Program-made: the position numbers and the translations under genes
Notes under the pieces: model-generated
Told to the model about the DNA's origin: nothing
Seen by the model: only the letters and a program-made list of their open reading frames with translations
Databases searched by the model: none
Assembly: GCA_964016885.1 (NCBI GenBank)
Contig: OZ024760.1
Coordinates: forward strand, 13,950,001-14,014,000
Length of the DNA: 64,000 nucleotides
Reading direction: 5' to 3'
Origin: Eledone cirrhosa
Lineage: Eukaryota
Part shown: positions 32,499 to 47,010 of the stretch, in pieces
Layout: each line of letters opens with the position of its first letter
How positions within the stretch are numbered: position 1 is the stretch's first letter

Positions 32499-35400
32499 TA
32501 GCTACAACTAATAATGTCAGTAAAAATAAAAATTAAGCTTTTTAATCAAAAGAGTCTTAGGAAATATATAAAATATAACAGGTGGCAATGTAATCCATCT
32601 TAGCAATTAAATTAATTTTGTTGACAGACAAGTCCTTTGGTAGGGTACCATGATCTGTCATCTGGTGGTGCCTAACCAAACTAGGTGTTGGGGAATGTCT
32701 TGTGAGGGCAGTGCAGGCTTTGTACAGAGGTGCTGTCAGTAACAGATGCGTTTAAAACTGCTATAAGAACCAGATCGTCATGGACAGCCAGATAAATTCT
32801 ATAAAATATACGCAATGCACATCTGGGGTACTCAACATATGTAGTGGGATAGCAAGCAAACAGGTAGTTAAAACTACCTGTACAGAGAAATTTCACAGTA
32901 GAAGTACCAGTGATAGAAACAGTTTTCAAATGAAGGTGGGTTCTATACAAGTGGTTCGTACCTTCCGCTACATAGATGAGCAGATTAGAAAGAGAGGAGT
33001 CTACTACGAGGCCACAGTATCTACAATAAAGATGGGTTGGAAGAAGTGAGACATGGCCAGCAATTGCAGAGAATATGCCAAGGCTGGCAAAGAAATGAAG
33101 GAAGCATGCTCCGTTAGATGTTCGTCAACCATCGAGCAGAGATGAGTTGAGAGAGAAAATGGGTATGAGTTGTGGAGTGCTGGAGAGAAGAATAAGATGG
33201 TTTGCTGGGGAAACATGTGCCAAGAAATGCCAGTAGAAGGAAGACGCAGTAAAGGAAGACTAGGAAAAACATAGCGATTTGAGGTCTGCTCTCACCACCC
33301 CGTCTAACGATCACCAACGTGGTGACCAACGACCAGTATAAGCCGAGAGAGGCGGTGCCCAATAGTACATGTCCCACACTTGAAAGCGAACGTATGATGA
33401 TGATGACTGTGCAAATGTTTCCTTATTTCTGCATAAAAAGTAATATACATAAACAAAGTAGATCATCTTCAACAAACACTATATTGTCTTTAGCTTTCAA
33501 CAATACCATTTCGCAATAAAATATGAAATAAGAACAAACTGATTCTCTAATATTTAATAATATATTGGCATCTGCTTCGCTGCTTAACTCCGACTGCTGG
33601 GCCTGCATTCTTGTCTCGTCTGTTATGCTTGCACTTCGTTGCTTTTCACAGGAACAATCAACAACTACTCTTTCTAACTCTTAAAACCTTGCTCTAGCTT
33701 CAAATGTTCACTCTCGGGGATGTCTTTCCTACGGACTGCATTCTTCACTCTTTTCGACACATCTTTCCAGTTTCTTCACATCGGTCAAATCTTCAATCTT
33801 CAATCTGCACAATTTCCACTTCTTTTCACATCTAGGTCTTTCTATTCTATACATCAGTTAGTCTTAGTTTCAAGTTCTTATATTGTAAAATAATATCTTT
33901 CAACATGGGAGACAATATAGCACTTGTTGCTGAAGATAGACTTATCTATATTATTCTCTCTCCAGCTACCAGTTAACATATCCATGCATAATATTTGCCT
34001 GTGTGTCGTTATGTGTGGATATTTGAGAAAAAGATGATAAAAAGATATATACATGGATGAGGAGAGTGACTTGGTGGTAGAACAATATGGTAGATGAGGC
34101 AGTTAAGGCTAAGAGACAGGTATGGAAAGAATGGAAAAACAGGGCACATTACAGAGAGACCAGGAGCAAAGCTAGGCGACAAGTATACTTAGCTAGAAGG
34201 AAGGTAGAGGATAGGAAATTCAAGCATGTTTTGCAACACGAGGAAAAGAAACAGGTGTTCCAGAGAGAATTGTGATGTCATTGGACAAAAGTGTATCCAG
34301 AATGATAAAGGTCAGCTTGCACTCACAAGTGCTGAGAAGATGCGTGGAAGAGCCAGTATGAAAGATTGCTAAATGAGGAGAATGTATGGGAAAAAGATAC
34401 CATACCCAAAGTGAACCCTATAGAGGGGCTAGCAGAACAAGTCAGCAGCAATGTAGTATGGCAATCATAGATATGAAGACGGGGAAGGCAACCGGTCCAT
34501 CGGGTATAGCTGCCGAGATGCTCAAGGCATCTGGGTCGGTAGATCAGACCATAACCACACGTATTGTTAACTAGATAATACTAAAGGGCGTCGTACCAAA
34601 CGATTCGTGCAGCAGCATCATGGTCAACTGATACAAAGGTAAAGGTGATGCACTAGATAGAGGAAACTATAGAGGTATAAAGCTGATGGACCAGGTCATG
34701 AAAGTAACAGAGTTAGAGCACAGTTGATTAGGAACACGGTGAAACTACATGATATGCAATTGTGCTTTGTACCAGGAAAAGGCACCACTCATGTCCTCAC
34801 TTTTGTGACGCAGTTACAGGAAAAGTACCTAGCTAAAAGTAAGCAACTCTACCTGGCATTTGTCGAAATGGAAAAGGCCTTCGACAGAGTCCACCATACT
34901 ATAATCTGGTGAGCTCTTAGAAAATTTGAAGTAGATGAATAGCTTATGAGGGCTGTACCAAGCCATGTATAAAGAAACAATCAGCAAAGTTAGGGTTATC
35001 AATGACTAGAGCGAGTAATTTAGCATGCAGGTCCGTGTCCTGCCAGTGCAAACTTGATGGCAACCAACCTAACGTTAAGGGAGAATCCAGAAAAGATGTG
35101 GACCAAGACCTAGATTGATTTCTTTCTGGTGAGGAAAAAGCAGCGCAATAGTGTTCTCAACACAGAACCATACAACTATTTCAGTACACTGTGACAGTGG
35201 ACACATGCTTGTTATGAGTGAGGTCCGAGTGAGCTTAAGAAAGAGCAAGGCTACACCAACAGTATAATCTATGACTGGGGAACGTTCAAGGAACATAAGC
35301 TACAGAAGAGGTTCACAGGAGAAGTGAGCAACAGGTTCAGTGCTCTGTGTGGAGAGTTTAACAAAGAGGTACGGCTACTTGAACAATGCAGTAGCAGAAG

Positions 35401-38400
35401 CAAGTGAGACACTGATGCTGAGGAGAAAGAAGAGGAAGCATGTCAGTTCTGCAGACCCAAAGGTGTGTGCAGCCTGCCAAGGACCAATTCTGTGCTGATC
35501 CTATGGAGAGGATATACAGTGGAGGTGATGAGGGAAGCACTCTGTACCGCTTACACTGACGCCAGAGAGGAGGCACTAAAGTGTTAAGAGAACGGTTGAC
35601 AGTTGGATGATCAACGAGATCACATGGAGGAAAGGTCAGATCAAGGAAACAGATCCAGAGGATAGGAAAAAGGAAATGGCTGAACCATTTTAGAACACAA
35701 CTATGAGATGCCCTCCACAGACAAGAACACTGGGCAGATCAGGTGGCTGTTACAATAACTGGATATTGAGACAGGACCCTTTGCCAGAGAGGAGCTTCAG
35801 AGAGCAAAAAAAGAAGATAAAGGAGGGCAAGGCCCATGGAGAAAATCGAGTGGCATCAGGTCATGTAGAGTTGTGATTTTCATATCTTGGAGATCTGTAA
35901 AAAGGGACTGGAGAAACGAGTTGCCCTGAACAAGTGGACGATCTATAACTTCGTGCCACTGCCAAAGAAGGCAGATCTCTCTAACAGAAACAACTACAGG
36001 GGGACCTCACTTGTGGCAAAGACCCTCAACAGGATGATTCTAAAGAGAATCCAGCCCTGCATGGACAAAAAGCTCAAACAACCAGAACAGCTTCACAGAT
36101 AGAGATCAACCAACGGTCACATCCTGATGCTGAAGAAGATATTTGAGGGAGCTAAAGCAAATTGCCTATAATTCTGACTATCGTCACTGCCTGATCAAGA
36201 TTTTTGTGGAATACAAAAGTATCACTGCTCTACACGAACACTAAAGCCAAAGTCATTACACCCGATGGTTCTTCGAGTTACTGCTTGGATTGCTCCAAGG
36301 AGCTACACCCATTGTTCAGTGGCTAAATACAGTTAAAGAAAAATATAATTGCTTTTCTTTCTCAGAGTTAAGTCAGCGAAGGTAACGCACCACTAACAAA
36401 ATCCCCTCTCCTACTAAAATGGTCAATGACCAATCCAGCAGATAAACAATTATATTAAGAAAAAAAAATTTCTTTTTAAACAAAGGACAATTAAATATTT
36501 ACTGTTGAATGTCTGTTTGTGGGCTTATGTAGGGTCGGGCATCTCATAAATTCAGTATTTACGCAGAGTAATATAGATAAAAATACATCAACGACAAACA
36601 CTATAGTCTCGCACTTTAAAGGATTCGCTTTTGCAATAAAACAGGGAATCAATAAACTATCCGATTCCATAATATTTTATATTCTATTGGCATCTGCTTG
36701 GCAGCGAACTCCAACTGCTGGGCCTGCATTCTTCTCTCTCGTCTGTTATGCTTGTACTTCATTGATTTTCACTGCAACAATCACCAATTACTCTTGTTTA
36801 TTCTCGGGGATGTCTTTTCTACCCACTGCATTCTTCACTACATCATGCACATTTTCCACAGCTGCTCCACATCGGTCAAATTTTCAATCTTAATTCGGCA
36901 CAATTTCAACATCTTTTGCCTGCATCATATTGTATTCAGTGAATTAGATTTTCGTTTCCTATTCTTATATTGCAAAAACATATCCATAAAAGTGCGAGAT
37001 AATATAGCGAGTGTTCATATATTTTGCTTATCTACATTATAATCACTCGACAGCTCCTTGGCAACATATCCATGCATGCATGTGTGTACTTATATATCGT
37101 AATTTAGATGTCTAGTCTTCAGCAGACACTTAGCACTGACCGAGACAACCAGCCTTCACAATTCAGTTTTATCAAACAACTAAATTTCCTGCTAACAGGG
37201 GAAACAACTCTTATTTTTATTAAAAAATCAAAGAGTAATCTCCCTTTGCTAATTGAAATGTTGCATATACATTTGTAGACGTATAAACACAAAAACACTA
37301 CACACATGTGTACGTGTATACATACACAGACATATGTACACATACATCACAATATACTACACCCCCGACTTACAGCCGGAACTTGCAACACCTACATCAC
37401 AACTAAAGCGCAACTATTTCAACGCTGGCAATCGAGCTAAACTTATAAGAGCTACAACTAATAGTAAAAAGAAATAAAAATTAAGCTTTTTAATCAAACG
37501 AGTCTTAGGAAATATATAAAATATAACCGGTGGCAATGTAATCCATCTTAGCAATTAATTTTGTTGACAGACAACTCCTTTGGTAGGGTACCATGATCTG
37601 TCATCTGGTGGTGCCTAACCAAACTAGGTGTTGGGGAATGTCTTGTGAGGGCAGTGCAGGCTTTGTACAGAGGTGCTGTCAGTAACAGATGAGTTTAAAA
37701 CTAGCTGTCCATGACGATCTGGTTCTTATAGCAGAATCAGTAAACAAGCTAAAGAAGAAATGCTGTCTATGGAAACAGTAGTTGGAAGCAAGAGGACATG
37801 CTCCCTATGTTGAAAAGGAGTTGGGATAAATTCTATAAAATATACGCAATGCACATCTGGGGTACTCACATATGTAGTGGGATAGCAAGCAAACAGGTAG
37901 TGAAAACTACATGTACAGAGAAATTTCACAGTAGAAGTGACAGTGATAGAAACAGTTTTCAAATGAAGGTGGGTTCTATACAGATGAGCAGATTAGAAAG
38001 AGAGGAGGCTACTACGAGGCCATAATATCTACAATAAAGATGGGTTGGAAGAAGTGAGACATGGCCAGCAATTGCAGAGAATATGCCAAGGCTGGCAAAG
38101 AAATGAAGGAAGCATGCTCCGTTAGATGTTCGTCAACCATCAAGCAGAGATGAGTTGAGAGAGAAAATGGGTATGAGTTATGTGCAGGAGAGAAGAATAA
38201 GATGGTTTGCTGGGTAAACATGTGCCAAGTAATTCCAGTAGAAGGAAGACTAGGAAAAACATAGACGGGTGGTGAGAGCAGACCTCAAATCGCTAACGAT
38301 CAACAACGAGGTGACCAACGACCGGTATAAGTGGAGAGGCGGTGCTCAATAGTACATGTCCCACACTTGAAAGCGAACATATGATTATGAAGATGACTGT

Positions 38401-40019
38401 GCAAATGTTTCCTTATTTCTGCATAGAAAGTATACATCATATTCAACAAACGCTATATTGTCTTTAGCTTTCAACAATACCATTTCGCAATAAAACATGA
38501 AATAAGAACAAACTGATTCTCTAATATTTAATATTATATTGGCATCTGCTTCACTGCTTAACTCCGACTGCTGGGTCTGCATTCTTGTCTCGTCTGTTAT
38601 GCTTGCACTTCGTTGCTTTTCACAGGAACAATCAACAACTACTCTTTCTAACTCTTAAAACCTTGCTCTAGCTTCAAATGTTCACTCTCGGGGATGTCTT
38701 TCCTACGGAATGCATTCTTCACTCTTTTCGACACATCTTTCCAGTTTCTTCACATCGGTCACATCTTCAATCTTCAATCTGCACAATTTCCACTTCTTTT
38801 CACATCTAGGTCTTTCTATTCTATTCTATACATCAGTTAGTCTTAGTTTCAAGTTCTTATCTTGTAAAATAATATCTTTCAACATGGGAGACAATATAGC
38901 ACTTGTTGCTGAAGATAGACTTTTATCATCTATATTATTCTCTCTCCAGCTACCAGTTAACATATCCATGCATAATATTTGCATGTGTGTCGTCATGTGT
39001 GGATATTTGAGAAAAAGATAATGATAAAAAGATATATACATGGATTAGGAGAGTCACTTGGTGGTAGAACAATATGGTAGATGAGGCAATTAAGGCTAAG
39101 AGACAGGCATGGAAAGAATGGAAAAACAGGGCACATTACAGAGAGACCAGGAGCGAAGCTAGGCGACAAGTATACTTAGCTAGAAGGGAGGTAGAGGATA
39201 GGAATTTCAAGCATCTTTTGCAACACGAGGAACAGAAACAGGTGTTCGAGATTACGAGGCAGTGTGTCAGAGAGAATTGTGATGTCATTGGACAAAAGTG
39301 TATCCAGAATGATAAAGGTCAGATTGCACTCACAATTTCTGAGGAGATGCATGGAAGAGCCAGTATGAAAGATTACTAAATGGGGAGAATGCATGGGAAA
39401 AAGATACCATACCCAAAGTGAACCCTATAGAGGGGCTAGCAGAACAAGTCAGCAGCAATATAGTATGGCAATCAAAGATATGAAGACGGGGAAGGCAACC
39501 GGTCCATCGGGTATAGTTGCCGAGATGCTCAAGGCATCTGGGTCAGTAGATCAGACCATAACCACAAGTAATGTTAACTAGATAATACTAAACGATTCGT
39601 GCAGCAGCATCATGGTCAACTGATACAAAGGTAAAGGTGATGCACTAGATAGAGGAAACTAGAGAGGTATAAAGCTGATGGACCAGATCATGAAAGTAAC
39701 GTAAAGAGTTATAGCACAGTTGATTAGTACCTAGCTAAAAGTAAGCCACTCTACCTGGCATTTGTCGAAATGGAAAAAGCCTTCGACAGAGTCCACCATG
39801 CTATAATACGGTCGGCTCTTGGAAAATTAAAAGTAGATGAATGGCTTATGAGGGCTGTACAAGCCATGTATAAAGAAACAATCAGCAAAGTTAGGGTTAT
39901 CAATGATTAGAGCGAGGAATTTAGCATGCAGGTCCATGTACACCAGGGCTGTTCTTAGCCCTCTCCTTTTTATCATAGTCCTGCAGGCAATAACAGGAAT
40001 TTAAAACCGGATATCAGCT

Positions 40020-41480
40020 TATAGTTCTACCAAGGGAGACAGTGATGTGAATGCAGAGGAATTTCATGAGATGTGTAGAGCTGTCAACACCACACAAGCT
40101 CAAAACATCATTCTTCTGAGGGACTTCTATGCACATCTGAGGGACTTCTATGCACATCTGAGTAAGGAGAGCAGTGAAGATCCGCGCTGGTAATTCCCTA
40201 ACACCAACCGAAATGGAAGACTACCGACAGACGCCATGCTGGATGCAAACTTGATGGCAACCAACCTAACGTTAAGGAAGAATCCAGAAAAGATGTGGAC
40301 CAAGACCTAGATTGATTTCTTTCTGGTGAGGAAAAAGCAGCGCAATAGTGTTCTCAACACAGAACCATACAACTATTTCAGTACACTGGGACAGTGGACA
40401 CATGCTTGTTATGAGTGAGGTCCGGGTGAGCTTAAGAAAGAGCAAGGCTACACCAACAGTATAATCTATGACTGGGGAACTTTCAATGAACATAAGCTAC
40501 AGAAGAGGTTCACAGGAGAAGTGAGCAACAGGTTCAGTGCTCTTTGTAGAGAGTTTGACAAAGAGGTACGGCTACTTGAACAATGCAGTAGCAGAAGCAA
40601 GTGAGACACTGATGCTGAGGAGAAAGAAGAAGAAGCATGTCAGTTCTGCAGACCCAAAGGTGTGTGCAGCCTGCCAAGGACCAATTCTGTGCTGATCCTA
40701 TGGAGAGGATGGACACAGTGGAGGTGATGAGGGAAGCACTCTGTACCGCTTACACTGACGCCAGAGAGGAGGCACTAAAAGTGTTAAGAGAACGGTTGAC
40801 AGTTGGATGATCAACGAGATCACATGGAGGAAAGGTCAGATCAAGGAAACAGATCCAGAGGATAGAAAAAAGGAAATGGCTGGACCATTTTAGAACACAA
40901 CTATGAGATGCCCTCCACAGCCGATCAGTTGGCTGTTACAAAAACTGAATATTGAGACAGGACCCTTTGCCAGAGAGCTTCAGAGAGCAAAAAAAGAAGA
41001 TAAAGGAGGGCAAGACCCATGGAGAAAATCGAGTGGCATCAGGTCATGTAGAGTTGTGATTTTCATATCTTGGAGATCTGTAAAAAGGGACTGGAGAAAC
41101 GAGTTGCCCTGAACAAGTGGACGATCAGTAACTTCGTGCCACTGCCAAAGAAGGCAGATCTCTCTAACAGAAACAACTACAGGGGGACCTCACTTGTGGC
41201 AAAGACCCTCAACAGGATGATTCTAAAGAGAATCCAGCCCTGCATGGACAAAAAGCTCAAACAACCACAACAGCTTCAGAGATAAAGATCAACCAACGGT
41301 CACATCCTGATGCTGAGGAAGATATTTGAGGGAGCTAAAGCAAATTGCCTATAATTCTGTCGATCGTCACTACCTGATCAAGATCTTGTGGAATACAAAA
41401 GTATCACTGCTCTACACGAACACTAAAGCCAAAGTCATTACACCCGATGGTTCTTCGAATTATTGGTTGGAGTGCTCCAA
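40020..41480 (+). mobile_element. second decayed LINE (APE endonuclease and RT; paralogs 31000-31570, 35045-36300)
   Basis: DFYAHL, TNRNG, DSGHMLV..VRVSLRK and WTISNFVPLPKKADLSNRNNYRGTSLVAKTLNRMILKRI motifs. Confidence 0.8.
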
Positions 41481-42819
41481 GGAGCTACACCCATTCTTCA
41501 GTGGCTAAATACAGTCAAAGAAAAATATAATTGCTTTTCTTTCTCAGAGAGTTAAGTCAGCGAAGGTAACACACCACTAACAAAATCCCCTCTCCTACTA
41601 AAATGGTCAATGACCAATCCAGCAGATAAACAATTATATTAAGAAAAAAAATTTCTTTTTAAACAAAGGCCAATTACATATTTACTGTTGAAGGCCTGTT
41701 TGTGGGCTTATGTAGAGTAATATAGATATAAATACATCAACGACAAACACTATATTGTTTCGCACTTTAAAGGATTCGCTTTTGCAATAAAACAGGGAAT
41801 CGACATTATCCGATTCCCTAATATTTCATATTATATTGGCATCTGCTTGGCAGCGAACTCCAACTGCTGGGCCTGCATTCTTCTCTCTTGTCCGTTATGC
41901 TTGTACTTCATTGATTTTCACTGCAACAATCACCAACTACTCTTTCTATGTTTATTCTCGGGGATGTCTTTTCTACCCACTGCATTCTTCACTACATCAT
42001 GCCAACTTTCTACAGCTGCTTCACATCGGTCACATCTACGATCTTAATTCTGAACAATTACCATAAATATATATTTTGTCTGCATCAATCAGTTTGTCTT
42101 CGTTTCCTATTCTTATATTGCAAAAGCGTATAAAAAAAAAACAAAAAAAAAACAATATAGCGTTTCCTCACCGTAACTATATTACTTTCACTCTCCAGCT
42201 TCCTGGTAACATAACCATATATTAAGTTTTAATGCATGTGCCTACTTGTATACCGTAATTTCTGTCTATATTTATGAGGAAAGAGGATAGATATTGACAA
42301 GATGATATAAATATATATAGCTATTCAGTTTTATATATACCCCCCCCCCACACACACACACACATACACACAACCACAAACTAAAACTAAACCCAAATAA
42401 TTCATCTAGAAATTAATGAACCCCGTCGTATCTGCTTCGAAATGATATTCAAACAAATAGAAACTAAAACTTACTATATCACTAACGTGCTGCATTAAAT
42501 AGACATGAAAAAACACCCGTCTCAATTTTACGATGAAAACCGATATAATAAATTAAGCTTAAGCTTAATTAGTAAAGTAGTCTTCAGCAGAAACAGACAA
42601 GGCATAAATTCAATGACAGTTTTATCAAACAACAAAATTTCTGGCTAAAACGGAAAATAAAATATTTTTATTAAAATATACTAGAGTAATTTCCCTTTGC
42701 TAATTAGAATGTTGCATAAACAGATTTCTACGGTGATATAAACACAAACCCGATACACACCAACATATATATTATATTGTATTTATATATTATATATATA
42801 CATGTGTATATAGTAGACA

Positions 42820-43090
42820 TTTATTACAAATACACACATAATACAGACACATACTACACACACATAATACACATATAATACAGATAATACACACATATAA
42901 TACACACATATAATACAGATAATACACACATAATACGCACAGATAATACACACATAATACGCACAGATAATACACACATAATACAGAGATAATACGCACA
43001 AATAGACACCTAATAGACACATAATACACACAATACATACACATACACACATAATATACACACACACACACACACACACACATAATATAT
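42820..43090. repeat. degenerate ataatacac/ataatacgcacag repeat grading into (CA)n
   Basis: Short tandem units. Confidence 0.85.
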
Positions 43091-43177
43091 AGTAATAATA
43101 ATAAATTTGAAAACTAAAATTAAAAAAGGGCTCGATATGGATACATATATATCAAATATATAAGAACCGTACAGCAA

Positions 43178-43325
43178 ATATATATTAAAATAACAGATTA
43201 AAGTTTAAGCAAAGAATCGCTGCTTTCAACCTTAACGGGATCTTAAATGAATTTCAGAAGATCCCGTTAAGGGTGAAAGCAGCGATTCTTTGCTTAAACT
43301 TTAATCGATTATTTTAATATATATA
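43178..43325. mobile_element. ~148-bp palindrome, probable Penelope-like inverted end, with a hammerhead-like motif
   Basis: ~65-bp arms (…gattaaagtttaagcaaagaatcgctgctttcaaccttaacgggatctt / aagatcccgttaagggtgaaagcagcgattctttgcttaaactttaatc…) around a 13-nt spacer. A half copy lies at 54823-54893. Confidence 0.75.
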
Positions 43326-44188
<863 letters not shown>

Positions 44189-44892
44189 TTAAAAAAATTG
44201 GTTGGCTGGTTTAACCTAACGTAAAAAAATAAATAAAAAAATTCTATCCAAAAATGAGAGCTTTGTGGCAGAGAAGGAATTGAACAGGGACAAATTTTTA
44301 GGAGAATCTGGAATAAAAATATTCTAATGGTGCATTTTATATTTTATATTCTCTAAATTACAAGTGAACAAAATTAACGTTAATCTAACTATAACGTATT
44401 ACTGCTACTTTATTGGATAAACAATACTGAGTCAGCTTTTATAAGTCTTTTGAAAACCGAGAACAGAGACAATACCAACCATGTGAATTCAACAGATTTT
44501 TCCAGATAAATCTTAAAAAACAATTTTTACCCCCCCCCCCCCACATAATCTCATCAACACACATATTATACATATATATACATATATATCTTTCATTTTC
44601 TCCCTTAATCACTAGCAAATACCAACTCCTCCAGTTCTAAAAATAGAAAATTCTTCCAGAAAGATAGACAGAGAAAAATGAGAGAAGAGAGGAACCCAGT
44701 ATTTGACTGGTACTTTTATTCAGAAAAAGATAATTGCGAGAAAACTATAGATAGGAAGAATTCACCCCAGCATTTCACTGGTACTTTTTTTTATCCAACG
44801 GAAGGAAGAAAGGCAAAGTTGACCTTGGCAGGATTTAAACTCAGAGAGCATAGAAATAAAAACGAATACTCCAAGGTATTCGAATAACTGCA

Positions 44893-44933
<41 letters not shown>

Positions 44934-45199
44934 CAATTGTATATATATGTGTGTGTGTATATACAACAATATGATGAAATTAATTAAATCGAAAATGTTA
45001 CCCCGATTAAAATACAAAAACATAACTATAAAAGCTTTTTTTTTTAAAGAAATTAATTGAATTGAATTTTTTTTAAAGAAATAAATGAAATTGAACTTTT
45101 TTTTTAAAGAAATAAGTTAAATTGAATTCTTTTTTTTTAAAGAAATATAAATTAAATTTTTTTTTTTTTTTAAATAAATTAAATATAAATCTGACTGAC

Positions 45200-45346
45200 C
45201 TGTGGGACTTTTCTTCTCAGTCCCAGGAGTGAACGCTGTGGTTGGTTTTCGGCGTATCTCTGAGCAGCCCTAAAAAAGGGCTTAACGCATACCCACGTTG
45301 AAAGGACGCATGAGAATACTGTGTAGTCATCTTTCAAAATCAGTGG
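45200..45346 (-). CDS. candidate internal exon (147 nt, phase 0/0) of an unidentified gene
   Basis: Acceptor ttttcatatttttcatttcag|CCA and donor CAG|gtcagt. Open frame PLILKDDYTVFSCVLSTWVCVKPFFRAAQRYAENQPQRSLLGLRRKVPQ in GC-elevated, apparently non-repeat sequence. Protein not recognised. Confidence 0.45.
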
Positions 45347-45621
45347 CTGAAATGAAAAATATGAAAAACGGGACTTGTATTTATAAGGAAAACAAAGTGA
45401 CAGTAACTCACACATACTCACTCACGCACACACACACACACATGTATCTATGTATGTATGTATGTATGTGGTTTTGCCGCCAAAAGATTAGCAAAATTTG
45501 TGAGTGTGTATGTGTGTATGTGTGTAACAACAACAACAACAACAACCGAACAATAGAAACAAATAATAAAACAAAATTTATTATTCTATGAAGAAATTTA
45601 ATATTTTGATCAAACAATGTG

Positions 45622-45672
<51 letters not shown>

Positions 45673-45762
45673 AAGATGTATGACCCCGACGGCAGAGCTC
45701 AAGCCGTTTCGACGGCTATCTCTGGTGCATTATGGTCCATCTGGTTCCTTAACACAACTCCG

Positions 45763-45838
<76 letters not shown>

Positions 45839-46113
45839 AGAAGTTGTATTTAATTTGTTGGAAGTCCGACAAACAAATGTTTATAACTGATTTAGAGCAC
45901 TCAACAGTTTACTGGAGTAAATATTTCGTGATATTAAATAAATGGAAACTATATTTATAAAACCATATTTATTTTATTATATATATTTCAAGGCCAACCA
46001 AGACAAGCTTGGTGCACTTTCATCAAATAAAATACAAAAGTTTATTTTGCTTTCCAACCGATAAGATTTGCCTTTCATGGATACGTCTTTATTGATATAT
46101 ATATATCTATATA

Positions 46114-46145
<32 letters not shown>

Positions 46146-46235
46146 GAAAAATATATTAAAGGCGGTACCCCAGCATGACCTCAGCAAAATGGCTGGGACA
46201 AGTAAAAGAGTAAAACAATATACATATATATAATA

Positions 46236-47010
46236 CTAGCAGTGGTACCCGGCGTTGCACGGGATAAGTTATTTTGACCTAATCGTAGAAAAACTGCATG
46301 CCTGGACAATATGTAAAGAAAATAAACCGAATGCTCTGATGCAATTAGTATTAGGTATGCTTTTCCTTCCACGTGAAGAAAATCGGCTTAATAAAGTGGC
46401 AGGAGTCAGCAGGACAGATGTCACCACTTATATCAGAGGGAAGTCTGCAATGCTTGAGCAAGGCATGACGTGCAATCGGACAGCATATGGAGCCTTCTCG
46501 AACCAGTCCACCGCACCTTCACAAACGTTTACCAAACAGTGGGTATAATTTAACAATTTTACAGAGGAGTGGTGCAATAAAATGGGCCTTGAGGCGTGTG
46601 CGTGTTCACTCGCCGCCCCAAACCAAAGGGTCGCCATCAGTTATTTCAAGGGCCCTTATAATGGATTTGTAAGCCGTTCACTGACACTCCAGTAACTACG
46701 GGTAACAATCAACAATTTCAAGTGGTGGCCATAAAAAGGGCCATGTGAACGTTCTCTTAATAGTAACTTTCACTGCGTTCTCTGACATTTGGAGGGTGTT
46801 ACGGTTGCTTCCACTGGTAGCCTTTACAATGAATCAATGCGTTTGCGGCCCATTTAACAGCCATACATTGACGCGCCGAGTGCGATGCAGACAGCTAGAC
46901 ATACAGACATATTATAAGGGCGCGGTGTAAAGTTTGAAAACAGTCGGTTGGGTGCTTCTCGAGGTTTAGGGATTCAAACTCACACAGACATCCTTAGTTT
47001 TATATATATA
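46236..47010 (-). mobile_element. non-autonomous Helitron
   Basis: Minus-strand 3' end cccgtgcaacgccggg hairpin + gtaccactgCTAG|T. The 5' region (atccctaaacctcgagaagcacccaaccga) and subterminal region match 6895-6925 and 8960-9131. Confidence 0.8.

Larger units (their letters stand above)
28937..42750 (+). repeat. tandem segmental duplication, 3 copies of ~4.1-5.0 kb
   Basis: The anchor tgccaaggctggcaaagaaatg occurs at 28937, 33076 and 38084. Paralogous ORFs (MVDEAVKAKRQ at 29956/34087/39074) share the same disabling mutations. Confidence 0.95.
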
